Below are positions 25,176-36,995 of a DNA stretch of 64,000 bases, one piece after another. This DNA is from Malacoraja senta. Lineage: Eukaryota. A program made the position numbers and the translations under genes. Under the pieces are notes generated by a model that worked only from the letters and a program-made list of their open reading frames with translations, made no database searches and was not told where the DNA came from. The stretch lies in assembly GCA_038087875.1 (NCBI GenBank), contig CM075994.1, positions 8,928,001 through 8,992,000 of the forward strand, written 5' to 3'. Each line of letters begins with the position of its first letter. Position 1 is the stretch's first letter.

Positions 25176-25230
25176 CTCGTAACGCGAGGCACCACAGAAC
25201 GATGAACAGGGCGGCGGAGCGTAGAGTCAT
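25176..25230 (-). CDS. Gene A exon 1: signal peptide MTLRSAALFIVLWCLALR(G)
   Basis: CCTGCC-ATG start context; 55 nt ending phase 1 at G|GTAAG; hydrophobic leader; splices in frame to the V exon; inverted homologue at 36396-36450. Confidence 0.88.
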
Positions 25231-25859
25231 GGCAGGTTGGTATTCAACGTCCAACGGGTATGAGCGGTCAAGAAAACCGCTGCTGAGATCTGGGACTGAG
25301 AGCAGAGCGAATGAGGAAAGTCACCAGGCATGTACTGCCCTCATCACAATCTAACCACCGCGTAGACTCTGCGATGCACAAAACCGGATGCGAGGTGGGC
25401 CAAATGCATTTCGCCCACAGAGTTGCAGGAAGGAACTGCAGATAGACACGACATGCTGGAGTAACGCAGCGGGACAGGCAGCATCTCTCCGGAGATGGAA
25501 TGGGCGGCTAAACTCCAGCCCGCCTAAACCTGGTTCCTTCTGCCAAACACTTTAACTCCCCCTCCCATTCCCACACCGACCTTTCTGTCCTGGGCCTCCT
25601 TCATTGCCAGAGTGAGGCCCAGCGCACATTGGGGGAACAGCACCTCATATTTCGCTTGGGTAGTTTACACCCCGGCGGTATGAACATTGACTTCTCCAAT
25701 TTCAGGTAGTCCTTGCTTTCCTTCTCTCTCCATCCCCTCCCCTTCCCACTTCTCCCACTAGTTTTACCGTCTCCGACTACATTTTATCTCTATACCGCCC
25801 ACTCCCCTGACATCAATCTGAGGAAGGGTCTCGGCCCGAAACGTCACAGTTTCCAGAGA

Positions 25860-26570
25860 ACCGGCCTCCACCGCCCTCTGAGGCAGAGAATTCCACAGAC
25901 TCACAACTCTCTGTGAGAAAAAGTGTTTCCTCATCCCCGCTCTAAATGGCTTACCCCTTATTATTAAACTGTGGCCCCTGGTTCTGGACTCCCCCAACAG
26001 CGGGAACATGTTTCCTGCCTCTAGCGTGTCCAAACCCTTAATAATCTTATATGTTTCAATAAGATACCCTCTCATCCTTCTAAACTCCAGAATGCACAAG
26101 CCCAGCCGCTCCATTCTCTCAGCATATGACAGTCCCGCCATCCCGGGAATTAACCTGGTGAACTACGCTGCACTCCCTCCAATAGCAAGAATGTCCTTCC
26201 ACAAATAGGGGACCAAAACTGAACACAATACTCCAGGTGTGGTCTCACTAGGGCCCTGTACAACTGCAGAAGGACCTCTTTGCCCCTATACTCAACTCCT
26301 CTTGTTATGAAGGCCAACATGGCATTCGCTTTCTTCACTGCCTGCTGCACCTGCATGCTTACTTTCAATGACTGACGAACAAGGACCCCCAGATCCCGTT
26401 GTACACCCCCCTTTCCCAATTTAACGCAATTTAGATAGTAATCTGCCTTCCTGTTTTGCTACCAAAGTGGATAACCTCACATTTATCCACATTAAACTGC
26501 ATCTGCCATGCATCTGCCCACTCCCCAACCTGTCCAAGTCACCCTGCATCCTCATAGCATCCTCCTCACA
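25860..26570 (-). mobile_element. CR1 3' fragment
   Basis: ORFs 25764-26141, 26150-26419 and 26421-26621. Confidence 0.8.
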
Positions 26571-27684
26571 AAATGTACTGATACAAGAAAAAGTTTGGAT
26601 GAATATCTTACTGATGAACAAGGACGAATGTTGGGTGTCGGGAAAGGGGTGTGGGTCGGGAGTTAAGGATAGTGTGTCATTCCTTAATCACAGGGGACAC
26701 ACCCTACATGGAAGCCAACGAAATGCAGACGCTGAAGAGTAAAAATAATCTAAAACAGTGCTGTTTCGACATTCTTGTTGCTTCTGCAGTCGAGCGGAAT
26801 GAGCGAGATTGAATCACGAGGACTTGCTTGTTGGCTCCAAGCTCAGCGGCCGCTCGCTGTGGAGCCAGCTCGATTTTCGCCAACCACAGGTCTGAACTGC
26901 TCCACACTTCAATGGCCAGAAACCATCACACTTATCACCGATCAAGTGTTTTTCCGACGAACGATAAACAACTTACTGGTCCAATCTTATTGGTGGTTCT
27001 GCATCTGGTCAGTTGAAATCTGATAACCTTCTGGGAGGCAATAAACACAGTGGGCAGAAATCTCTCTCTATTCTATTTTACTCCCCNNNNNNNNNNNNNN
27101 NNNNNNNNNNNNNNNNNNNNNNNNNNNNNNNNNNNNNNNNNNNNNNNNNNNNNNNNNNNNNNNNNNNNNNNNNNNNNNNNNNNNNNNNNNNNNNNNNNNN
27201 NNNNNNNNNNNNNNNNNNNNNNNNNNNNNNNNNNNNNNNNNNNNNNNNNNNNNNNNNNNNTCTCTCGCTCTCTCCCCCTCTCTCCCCTCTCCCCCTCTCC
27301 CTCTCCCCCTCTCTTCNNNNNNNNNNNNNNNNNNNNNNNNNNNNNNNNNNNNNNNNNNNNNNNNNNNNNNNNNNNNNNNNNNNNNNNNNNNNNNNNNNNN
27401 NNNNNNNNNNNNNNNNNNNNNNNNNNNNNNNNNNNNNNNNNNNNNNNNNNNNCCACTCTGTCTGTCCGTCTGTCTCTCTCTGTGTCTTTCTTTCTCTTCT
27501 CCCTCCCTTCCTTCCTCCCTCTCACTTCTTCCACCCTCTCTCGCCCCCTCGCCCCTCTCTCTCCCGCTCGCCCCTCCTCTCTCCTATGTCAGTATGTTAG
27601 GCTGGTGTGTGGGTATGTGTGTGTCCGTATGCGCTTGTATGAGCGTGTTTAGTTCATATGCAGTGTGTGTAGTTTGCGTGTCAG

Positions 27685-27686
<2 letters not shown>

Positions 27687-27732
<46 letters not shown>

Positions 27733-27860
27733 TGTGTGTGTGTGAGTGTGTGTGTGTGTGAGAGAGAGAGAGAGATGTAGAGAGAGACAGGCAGACAGAG
27801 GGAGAGAGGGATAGACAGAGGGAAGGAAAGAGAGAGAGAGAGAGAGGGAGAGAGAGAGAC
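27687..27860. repeat. (TG)n/(GA)n compound microsatellite
   Basis: Direct reading; CT-rich tracts flank the nearby gaps. Confidence 0.9.
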
Positions 27861-30800
27861 ATAATATGAATATGTCACATGTTCACATTGAAAGGCGGTG
27901 CTGGCTCCAAGGGCCGAATGGCCTACTCCTGCACCTATTGTCTATTGGCTATTTACAGACAGAGAGGGAGATTGGGGGTGGGGGGAGGGGGGTGGGGGGT
28001 GGCGAGATCCCCTGTCGGTGTGCTCCTGGGCCTGGCCAAGATGGCCATTCGCGGGTCCAGGCAGCGGGCAGTCGATGGTCACATCAGAGGCGGCCGCCTG
28101 CCCCTCTTCCGGGCCTATGTCTGTGCCCGCGTGTCCCTAGAGAGGGAACACGCGGGCATATGCTGAGAGAATGGAGCAGCTGGGCTTGAACACTCTGGGG
28201 TTTAGTAGGATGAGAGGATATCTTATTGAAACATTAAGATTGTTAAGGGTTTGGACACGCTCGAGGCAGGAAACATGTTCCCGATGTTGGGGGAGTCCAG
28301 AACCAGGGGCCACACAGTTTAAGAATAACGGGTAAGCCAGGAAGGAGGAAACACTTTTCCTCACAGAGAGTTGTGAGTCTGTGGAATTCTCTGCCTCAGG
28401 TGGAGGCCGGTTCTCTGGATACTTTCAAGAGATAGCTAGATAGGGCTCTTAAAAATAGCGGCGTCATGGATATGGGGAGAAGGCAGGAACGGGGTACTGA
28501 TTGTGATGATCAGCCATGATCACATTGAATGGCGGTGCTGGCTCGAAGACCGAATGGCCTACTCCTGCACCTATTGTCTGTTGTCTATTGTCTATTGAGC
28601 GCTTGTAGATAAAGATTGCACCATTGCACTATAATGACTGCTCGATGTATTGAGACCATTCAACGTTTATCAACTTTTGGTACACTGTAATATGCAATTG
28701 TGGAATAAAGTCCTTGGAAAGCAAAAAAAGACAGAGAGGGGGAAAGAGAGGGAAAGAGAGAGAGAGAAAGAGAATGCAAAGACCAAAAAAACCTGAAAAT
28801 AAATCAGAATACAATGAAATGTTGTACGTATATTTATACACACGCGTATAGATATTTAATATATGTGTGGGTATCTACGTATGTGGACAATAGACAATAG
28901 ACAATAGGTGCAGGAGTAGGCCATTCGGCCCTTCGAGCCAGCACCGCCATTCAATGTGATCATGTCAATGTGATCATGGCTGATCATCCCCAATCAGTAC
29001 CCCGTTCCTGCCCTCTCCCCATATCCCCCTGACTCCGCTATCTTTAACAGCCCCTATCTAGCTCTCTCTTGAAAGTATCCAGAGAACCGGCCTCCACCGC
29101 CCTCTGATGAGAGAATTAAGATTTGATTAAATGGTGGGCTGTCAGTTTGGAACCTTTACATTTCACCTGACTCCGCTATTTTCACAGATATATATATCAC
29201 AGACATATATATCATATTTATTGTAAACATAATTTTCCCAAGGGAAATGTATCTCATTGGGATACAGCGGGATAATGCAGCTCCAGAAATCATAAAACCA
29301 CTCCCAATCTATACGGATAACATGAAGACGGGTCTCGACCCGAAACGTCGCCTATTTCCTTCGTTCCATAGATGCTGCCTCACCCGCTGAGTTTCTCCAG
29401 CATTTTTGTCCGCCTTCGATTTTCCAGCATCTGCAGTTCCTTCTTAAGCGGATAACAGGAGGTTTGTTGGTGCTGGGGGGAAGAACACGTATACAAGTAG
29501 CAAGACAATTAAAAAAGCAAACATGAACCGGAGAGAAAACATAGAAATATATGTGCAGGAGTTAGCCATTCGGCCCTTCGAGCTGGCACCGCCATTCAAC
29601 GTGATCATGGCTGATCATCCCCAACCGTTGCTGCCTTCTCCCCATATCCCTTGATTCCTTCTATTCCCCATATCGCTGAACACCTCCGCTCAGTCCGCTT
29701 CAACCTACCCAATCTCCCGGTTGTTCAGCACTCCCCCCTCCCATTCCCAATCTGACCTTTCTGTCCTGGGCCTTCCACTTGTAAGAGTGAGGCCCAGCGC
29801 AAATTTGAGGTGCAGCACCTCATATTTCGCTTGGAGGTAGTTTGCACCCCAGCGGTATGAACATGGACTTCTCTAACTTCAGATAGCCCTTGCATCCCCT
29901 CTCTCTCCATCCCCTTCCCCTTCCCAGTTCTCCCACCAGTCTGACTGTCTCCGCCTACATTCTATCTCTGCCCCTCCCCTGACATCAGTCTGAAGAAGGG
30001 TCTCGACCCGAAACGTCGCCCATTCCTTCTCTCCAGAGATGCTGCCTGTCCCGCTGAGTTACTCCAGCACTTTGTGTCATCTCTGAAAACATCCATCGTG
30101 ATACAACAAGCCGTCAATGCGCTGTGTAGAAATTCAGAACCATCTTTCTTTAGTGATACAGCACGGAAACAGGCCCTTCGGCCACCTGATCCGCGCCGAC
30201 CAGCGATCCCCACACATTAAAACTATCCAACACACACTTGGGAAGTTTTTACATTTACCAAGCCAATTTACCTACATACCTGTACGTCTTTGAAGTGTAG
30301 GAGGAAAACCGAAGATCTCGGAGAAAATCCACGCGGGTCACAGGGAGAGAACGTGCAAACTCCGTACAGACAGCACCCGTGGGCAGGATCGAACCCGAGT
30401 CTCTGGCGCTGTGAGGCAGCAACACTCCCGCTGCGCCCCCGTGCGGCCATAAAACGCAGCTATTTATCTCAATTCATATCGACCTTAGTTCATAACATTA
30501 CGGCGGAATTCTCTGGTGATCGGTGATGAAAATAGTCGCTAGATTTAAAAAAAAGTTGGAGTAATTTAGCGGGTCAGGCAGCATCTCTGGAGAAAGGGAA
30601 TGGTGACCTTTCGGGTCGAGACCCTTCTCCAGACTGAGAGTCAGGGTGGAAGAGAAAACATAGAAACATAGAAACATAGAAAATAGGTGCAGGGAGTTGG
30701 CCATCGGCCCTTCGAGCCAGCACCGCCATTCATTGTGATCATGGCTGATCATCCAAAATCAGTACCCCGTTCTGCTATTTCCCCATATCCCTGATTCCCG

Positions 30801-32044
30801 TTAGCCATAAGAGATAAATCTAACTCTCTGTTGAATACATCCAGTGAATCGGCCTCCATTGCCTTCTTTGGCATAGAATTCCACAGATTCACAACTCTCC
30901 GGGGTGAAAAGTTTTTCCTCATCTCCGTCCTTAATGGCCTACCCTTATTCTTAAATTGTGACGGTAGACAAAAATGCTGGAGAAACTCAGCGGGTGAGGC
31001 AGCATCTATGGAGCGAAGGAAATAGGCGACGTTTCGGGCCGAAAACCCTTCTTCAGACTGATGTGAGGGTGGGGAGGGGGGCGGGAAGAAGAAAGGAAGA
31101 GGAGGGAGGCAGTGGGCTGAGGGAGAGCTGAGAAGGGGAGGACTACCTGAAGTTAGAGAAGTCATGTTCATACCGCTGGGGTGTAAACTGCCCCAAGCGA
31201 AATATTGAGGCGCTGCTCCTCCAATTTACGGTGGTCCTCACTCTGGCCATGGAGGAGGCCGAGGACAGAAAGGTCGGATTCGGAATGGGAGGGGGAGTTG
31301 AAGGGCTGAGGCACCGGAGATCAGGTTGGTTATTGCGAACCGAGGCGGAGGTGTTGGGCGAAGCCATCGATGTCTCCATCTATCACCTTTATCGTTTCCT
31401 ACCCCCCTGAGCATAGTTTAGTTTAGTTTAGAGATACAGTGCAGAAACAGGCCCTTCCGCTCCGACCAGCGATCCCAGCGCATCAACACCTATCCTACAC
31501 ACACTAGGGGCAATTTCCACTTACACCAGCCAATTAACCTACAAACCAGGTTAAGAAGGAACTGCAGATGCTGGAAAAATCGGAGGTAGACATAAATGCT
31601 GGGAGAAACTCAGCGGGTGAGGCAGCTTCAACGGAGCGAAGGAATAGGTGACGTTTTCGGGTCGAGACCCTTCTTCAGACTGATGTGGGGGTGGGGTGGG
31701 GGGGGGGGAAGAAGAAAGGAAGAAGTGTAGACAGTGGGCTGTGGGAGAGCTGGGAAGGGGAGGGAAAGGAGGGAGAAAGCAGGGACTACCTGAAATTGGA
31801 GAAGTCAATGTTCATACGCTGAAGTGTAAACCTGCCCAAGCGAAATATGAGGTGCTGCTCCTCCAAATCTACAGACCTGCACGTCTTTGGAATGTGGGAG
31901 GAAACCGCCAGATGCAGGGCAAACTCGAAGAGACTCGGGTTCGACCCTCGGGTGTCTGGCGCAGTGAGCGTGTAAGGCAGCAACTCTACCGCTGCGCCAC
32001 CGTGCCGCCCAGAGTGAATTCACAACTTGTCCCCACCCTGATAG

Positions 32045-33445
32045 ACAATAGACAATAGACTATAGACAATAGGTGCAGAAGTAGGCCATACGGCCCTTCG
32101 AGCCAGCACCGCCATTCAATGTGATCATGGCTGATCATCCCCAATCAGTACCCGTTCCTGCCTTCTCCCCATATCCCCTGACTCCGCTATTTTTAAGAGC
32201 CCCATCTAGCTCTCTCTTGAAAGCATCCAGAGTATCGGCCTCCTCCGCCCTCTGAGGCAGGTTATTCCACAGATTCACAACCCTCTGTGTGAAAAAGTGT
32301 TTCCTCGTCTCCGTTCTAAATGGCTTACCCCTTATTCTTAAACTGTGGCCCCTGGTTCTGGACTCCCCCAACATCGGGAACGTTTCCTGCCTCCAAACCC
32401 TTAATAATCCTTAATAACCCTTAATAGCGCGTCCAAACCATTAATAATCTTATATGTTTCAATAAGATCCCCTTCCTCCTTTCCCTTCCTCCGCAAGTTG
32501 ACCACCCATGCTCCCCCTATTGCCCCCCCACCCCCTCCAACTCGCCTCCACAGATGCTGCTAAACTTGTCGAGTGTACTCTACTGTCTTTGGCACCAAAG
32601 TGGATTAGTCTTGATTAGTGCGGGTGTCAGGGGTTTATGGGGAGAAGGCAGGAAAATGGGGTTAGGTGGAAAAGATAGATCAGACATGATTGAATGGCGG
32701 ACTAGACGATGGGCCGAATGGCCTAATCTGCTCTATCACATGAACTTATTTGCTCTCCTTCTATCCAAACCCATGCCGCAATTTCTTGCAATTCCTCAAA
32801 GCTCACCCAACTTTGTCCGAGACAATAGACAATAGACAATAGATGCTGGAGTAGGCCATTCGGCCCCTCTCGAGCCAGCACCACCATTCATTGTGATCAC
32901 GGCTGATCATCCCCAATCACTACCCCGTTCCTAGCCTCCTATATCCACTGACGTCCGCTATCTTTAAGAGCGCTATCTAGCTCTCTCTTGAAAGTATCCA
33001 GAGACCCAGCCTCCACAGACAGAGAATTCCACAGACTCACAACTCTCTGTGTGAAAAAGTGTTTCCTTATCTCCGTTCTAAATGGCTTACCCTTATTCTT
33101 AAACTGTGTGGGCCCTGGTTCTGGACTCCCCCAACATCGGGAACATGTTTCCTGCCTCTAGCGTGTCCAAATCCTTTATAATCTTATATGTCTCAATGAG
33201 ATTCCCTCTCATCCTTCTAACCTCCAGAGTGTACAAGCCCAGCCGCTACATTCTCTCAGCATATGACAGTCCCGCCATCCCGGGAATTAACCTGGTGAAC
33301 CTACGCTGCACTCCCTCAATAGCAAGGATGTCCTTCCTCAAATTAGGGGACCAAAACTGCACACAATACTCCAGGTGTGGTCTCACTAGGGCCCTGTACA
33401 ACGGCAGAAGTACCTCTTTGCTCCTATACTCAACTCCTCTTGTCA
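32045..33445 (-). mobile_element. Two CR1/HER1-like 3' ends
   Basis: ORFs 32135-32374 and 33246-33467 with (GACAATA)n tails. Confidence 0.8.
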
Positions 33446-36199
33446 CGGTGCAGGTAACGTTGAGCAATACACGAAACTCACGTGGAAAATCGGCGCCACC
33501 GTGTGCCAGGGGGGAGTTACTGCAGGGGCAACACGCAGACTTTCAAATGCATCCTGGGCGACAGCGGTAGAGTTGCTACTTGCAGCGCCAGAGTCCCGGG
33601 TTCGATCCCGACTACGGGTGCTGTCTGTCCGGAGTTGGTACGTTGTGCCTGAGACCGCGTGGGTTTTCCCCGGGGTGCTCCGGTTTCCGCCCCTACTCCA
33701 AAGACTCCACCTACAGGTTTGTAGACTAATTGGCTCGGCGTAAGTGTAAATGGTCCCTATGGTGTGTAGGATGGTGTTATTGTGCGGGAATCGCTGGTCG
33801 GTGCGGGCTCGATGGGCGCTGCATCTCCAAACTAAACTAAACTAAACGGGAAATCAACAAAAGGGTGAACGGAAGTATTCTAGATTTCGATTAAAGATTT
33901 AATGGAAAACGCGCGATTTCGGCGCTCAGCGGTAGAGTTGCTGCCTTACAGCGAATGCAGCGCCAGAGACCCGTGTTCGATCCCGACGACGGGTGCTGTC
34001 TGTACGGAGTTTGTAGTTTCTCCCCGTGACGTGCGTGGTTTTTCCTCCGAGATCTTTGTTTTCCTCCCACATTCCAAAGACGTACAGGTTTGCAGGCAAA
34101 TAGGCTTGGCAACTGTAAAAAATGTTACTAGTTTGTGTAGGGGAATTCATTGCCACAGAAGGCTGTGACGCCGTTTCAAACGATACTTTAAAGGCTGAGA
34201 TTGATAGATACTTGATTCGTACAAGTTTTAGTTTTTAGTTTTTAGTTTTAGTTTAGAGATACAGCGCGGAAACAGGCCCTTCGGCCCACCGGGTCCGCGC
34301 CGACCAGCGATCCCCGCACATTAACACTATCCTACACCCACTAGGGACAGTTCAAAAAAACCCATTTACCAAGCCAATTAACCTACAAATCTGTACGTCT
34401 TTGGAGTGTGGGGAGGAAACCGAGATCTCGGAGAAAACCCACGCAGGTCACGGGGAGAACGTGAAAACTCCGTACAGACAGCACCCGTAGTCGGGATCGA
34501 ACACGGGTCGATGATTCGCTGTAAGGCAGCAACCCGCAGGGGTTATGGGGAGAAGGCAGGAGAATGGGGTTAGGAGGGAGAGATAGATCAGCCATGATTG
34601 AATGGCGGGGATAGACTTGATGGGCCGATTGGCCTAATGCTGCTCCTGAAACTTGTGAAAATTGCAAAGTGCTTCTCGTTTGATTTGTATGTTAAGCTCC
34701 TCTGCAAGTGCATCCCGGCGCAGAAGTGAAACTCTGACAACCTGATTTTACTGGAGAAAATCGTGTTAATATAACAGGGTGTTCTGCAGAAAGGGGAACA
34801 GACTGAGCAATTAATGGAAGCGAAACAGATGTCTGAAATTCTCCGCACAGGCACACTTTCACATTGACTGTAGAATTTCCATTGAAATGGGAAAGGCACC
34901 TACAATCAGTCTGAAGAAGGGTCTCGACCCGAAACGTCGCCTATTCCTTCCCTCCACAGACGCTGCCTCACCCACTGAGTTTCTCCAGCATTTTTGTCTA
35001 CCTTCGATTTTTCCAGCATCTGCAGTTCTTTCTTAAACAATTAGTTTAGTTTAGTTTAGTTTAGTTTAGTTTAGAGCCACAGCGCGGAAACAGGCCCTTC
35101 GGCCCACCGGGTCCGCGCCTACCAGCGATCCCCGCACGGTAACGCTATTCTACACATACGAATGACAATTTTTACAGTTATACCAAGCCAATTTACCTAC
35201 ACACCTGTACATCTTTGGAGAATTCGCGTAATGTTTCCCCAAAGTTTTCAACCTATAACAACCAAGACTAGCGTAAAATTAATCCTCNNNNNNNNNNNNN
35301 NNNNNNNNNNNNNNNNNNNNNNNNNNNNNNNNNNNNNNNNNNNNNNNNNNNNNNNNNNNNNNNNNNNNNNNNNNNNNNNNNNNNNNNNNNNNNNNNNNNN
35401 NNNNNNNNNNNNNNNNNNNNNNNNNNNNNNNNNNNNNNNNNNNNNNNNNNNNNNNNNNNNNNNNNNNNNNNNNNNNNNNNNNNNNNNCATTAAATGTGAG
35501 AGAATGGAGCGGCTGGGCTTGTACACTCTGGAGTTTAGAAGGATGAGAAGGGAACTTATTGAAACATATAAGATTATTAAGGGTTTGGACACACTAGAGG
35601 CAGGAAACATTTTCCAGATGTTGGAAAAAGTCCAGACCCAGGGGCCACAGTTTAAGAATAAGGGGTAAGCCATTTAGAACGGAGATGAGGAAACACTTTA
35701 TCACCCGGAGATTGTGAGTGTGTGGAATTCTCTGCCTCAGAGGGCGGTGGAGGCCGGTTCTCTGGAAACGGTGACGTTTCGGGCCGAGACCCTTCCTCAG
35801 ACTGATGTCTGATATAGAGATAATATGTAGTCGGAGACGGTAAAACTAGTGGGAGACGTGGGAAGGGGAGGGGATGGAGAGAGAAGGAAAGCAAGGACTA
35901 CCTGAAATTGGAGAAGTCAATGTTCATACCGCCGGGGTGTAAACTACCCAAGCGAAATATGAGGTGCTGTTCCCCCAATGTGCGCTGGGCCTCACTCTGG
36001 CAATGAAGGAGGCCCAGGACAGAAAGGTCGGTGTGGGAATCGGAGGGGGAGTTAAAGTGTTTGGCAGAAGGAACCAGGTTTAGGCGGGCTGGAGTTTAGC
36101 CGCCCATTCCATCTCCGTAGAGATGCTGCCTGTCCCGCTGCGTTACTCCAGCATGTCGGGCCTATCTTCGGTTTAAATCAGCATCTGCAGTTCCTTCCT

Positions 36200-36395
36200 G
36201 CAACTCTGTGGGCGAAATGCATCTGGCCCACCTCGCATCCGGTTTTGTGCATCACACTGTCTACACGGTGGTTAGTTTGTGATGAGGGCAGTACATGCCT
36301 GGTGACTTTCCTCATTCGCTCAGCTCTCAGTCCCAGATCTCAGCAGCGGCTTTCCTGACCGCTCATACCCGTTGGACGTTGAATACCAACCTGCC
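36200..36395 (+). promoter_or_regulatory. Putative proximal promoter/5'UTR of gene B (inverted homologue 25231-25425 for gene A)
   Basis: About 190 nt of non-repetitive sequence upstream of both ATGs, ~95% identical between copies; contains GGTGACTTTCCTC (kB-like/PU-box overlap); no TATA seen. Confidence 0.55.
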
Positions 36396-36450
36396 ATGCA
36401 TCTTCGCTCCCTCGCCCTCTTTATCTTTCTGTGGTGCTTCGCGATACGAG
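36396..36450 (+). CDS. Gene B exon 1: signal peptide MHLRSLALFIFLWCFAIR(G)
   Basis: CCTGCC-ATG; 55 nt; G|GTAAGA donor; paralogous to the gene A leader. Confidence 0.88.
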
Positions 36451-36673
36451 GTAAGACACACCGTAAAAGGTAGAACAAAAGGGGGGGGGGGGCGGTGGAG
36501 GTGGGTGGTGGGGTGGGGGGAGAGGTGACTTCTGAGTGTGGGGAAAAGTCAAACGTAGAGAAAATGTGTGAGAAGAAACTGCAGGTGCGGGTTTATACCG
36601 AAGATAGACAGAAAATGTTGGTGTAACTCAGCGGGTCAGGCAGCATCTCTGAGAGAAAAAGAGTGCGGGCTGT

Positions 36674-36995
36674 CACGGTGGCGCAGCGGTAGAGTTGCTG
36701 TCTTATAGCGGTGGCAGCGCCGGAGACCCGGGTTCGATCCATGGCGACGGGTGCTGTCTGCACGGAGTTTGCATGCTCTCCCCGTGAACTGCGTGGGTTT
36801 TCTCAGAGATCTTCTGTCCCCCCCCCACACTCCAAAGACGTACAGGTTTGTAGGTTGATGGGCTTGGAAAATATTTTTACAAAAAATAGTCCCCGGTGTG
36901 TGTAGGGTAGTGTTAATGTGCGGGGATCGCTCGGCGGCGCGGACCCGGTGGGCCGAAGGGCCTGTTTCCGCGCTGCATCTCTAAACTAAACTAAA
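36674..36995 (+). mobile_element. tRNA-derived SINE (HE1/V-SINE-like), near full length
   Basis: GGTGGCGCAGCGGTAGAG (A-box-like), GGTTCGATCC (B-box), central TTCTCCCCGTG..GTGGGTTT domain, (CTAAA)n tail; further copies at ~8061-8324, 20100-20356, 30150-30440(-), 33558-33846, 34236-34530(-), 37330-37510(-), 53150-53465 and 55450-55720. Confidence 0.85.

Larger units (their letters stand above)
18417..26150 (-). repeat. Left arm of an inverted segmental duplication (partner ~35490-50543)
   Basis: Leader, V and TM exons plus shared intronic TE junctions occur in mirrored order; boundaries approximate. Confidence 0.85.

Noticed and set aside
26775-27023. 82-aa ORF in unique sequence upstream of gene A
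   Set aside because: No recognisable domain, no supporting splice structure and no paralogous copy.
36674-36745. tRNA gene
   Set aside because: The A/B boxes belong to the tRNA-derived SINE head; no complete cloverleaf, and it continues into the SINE body.
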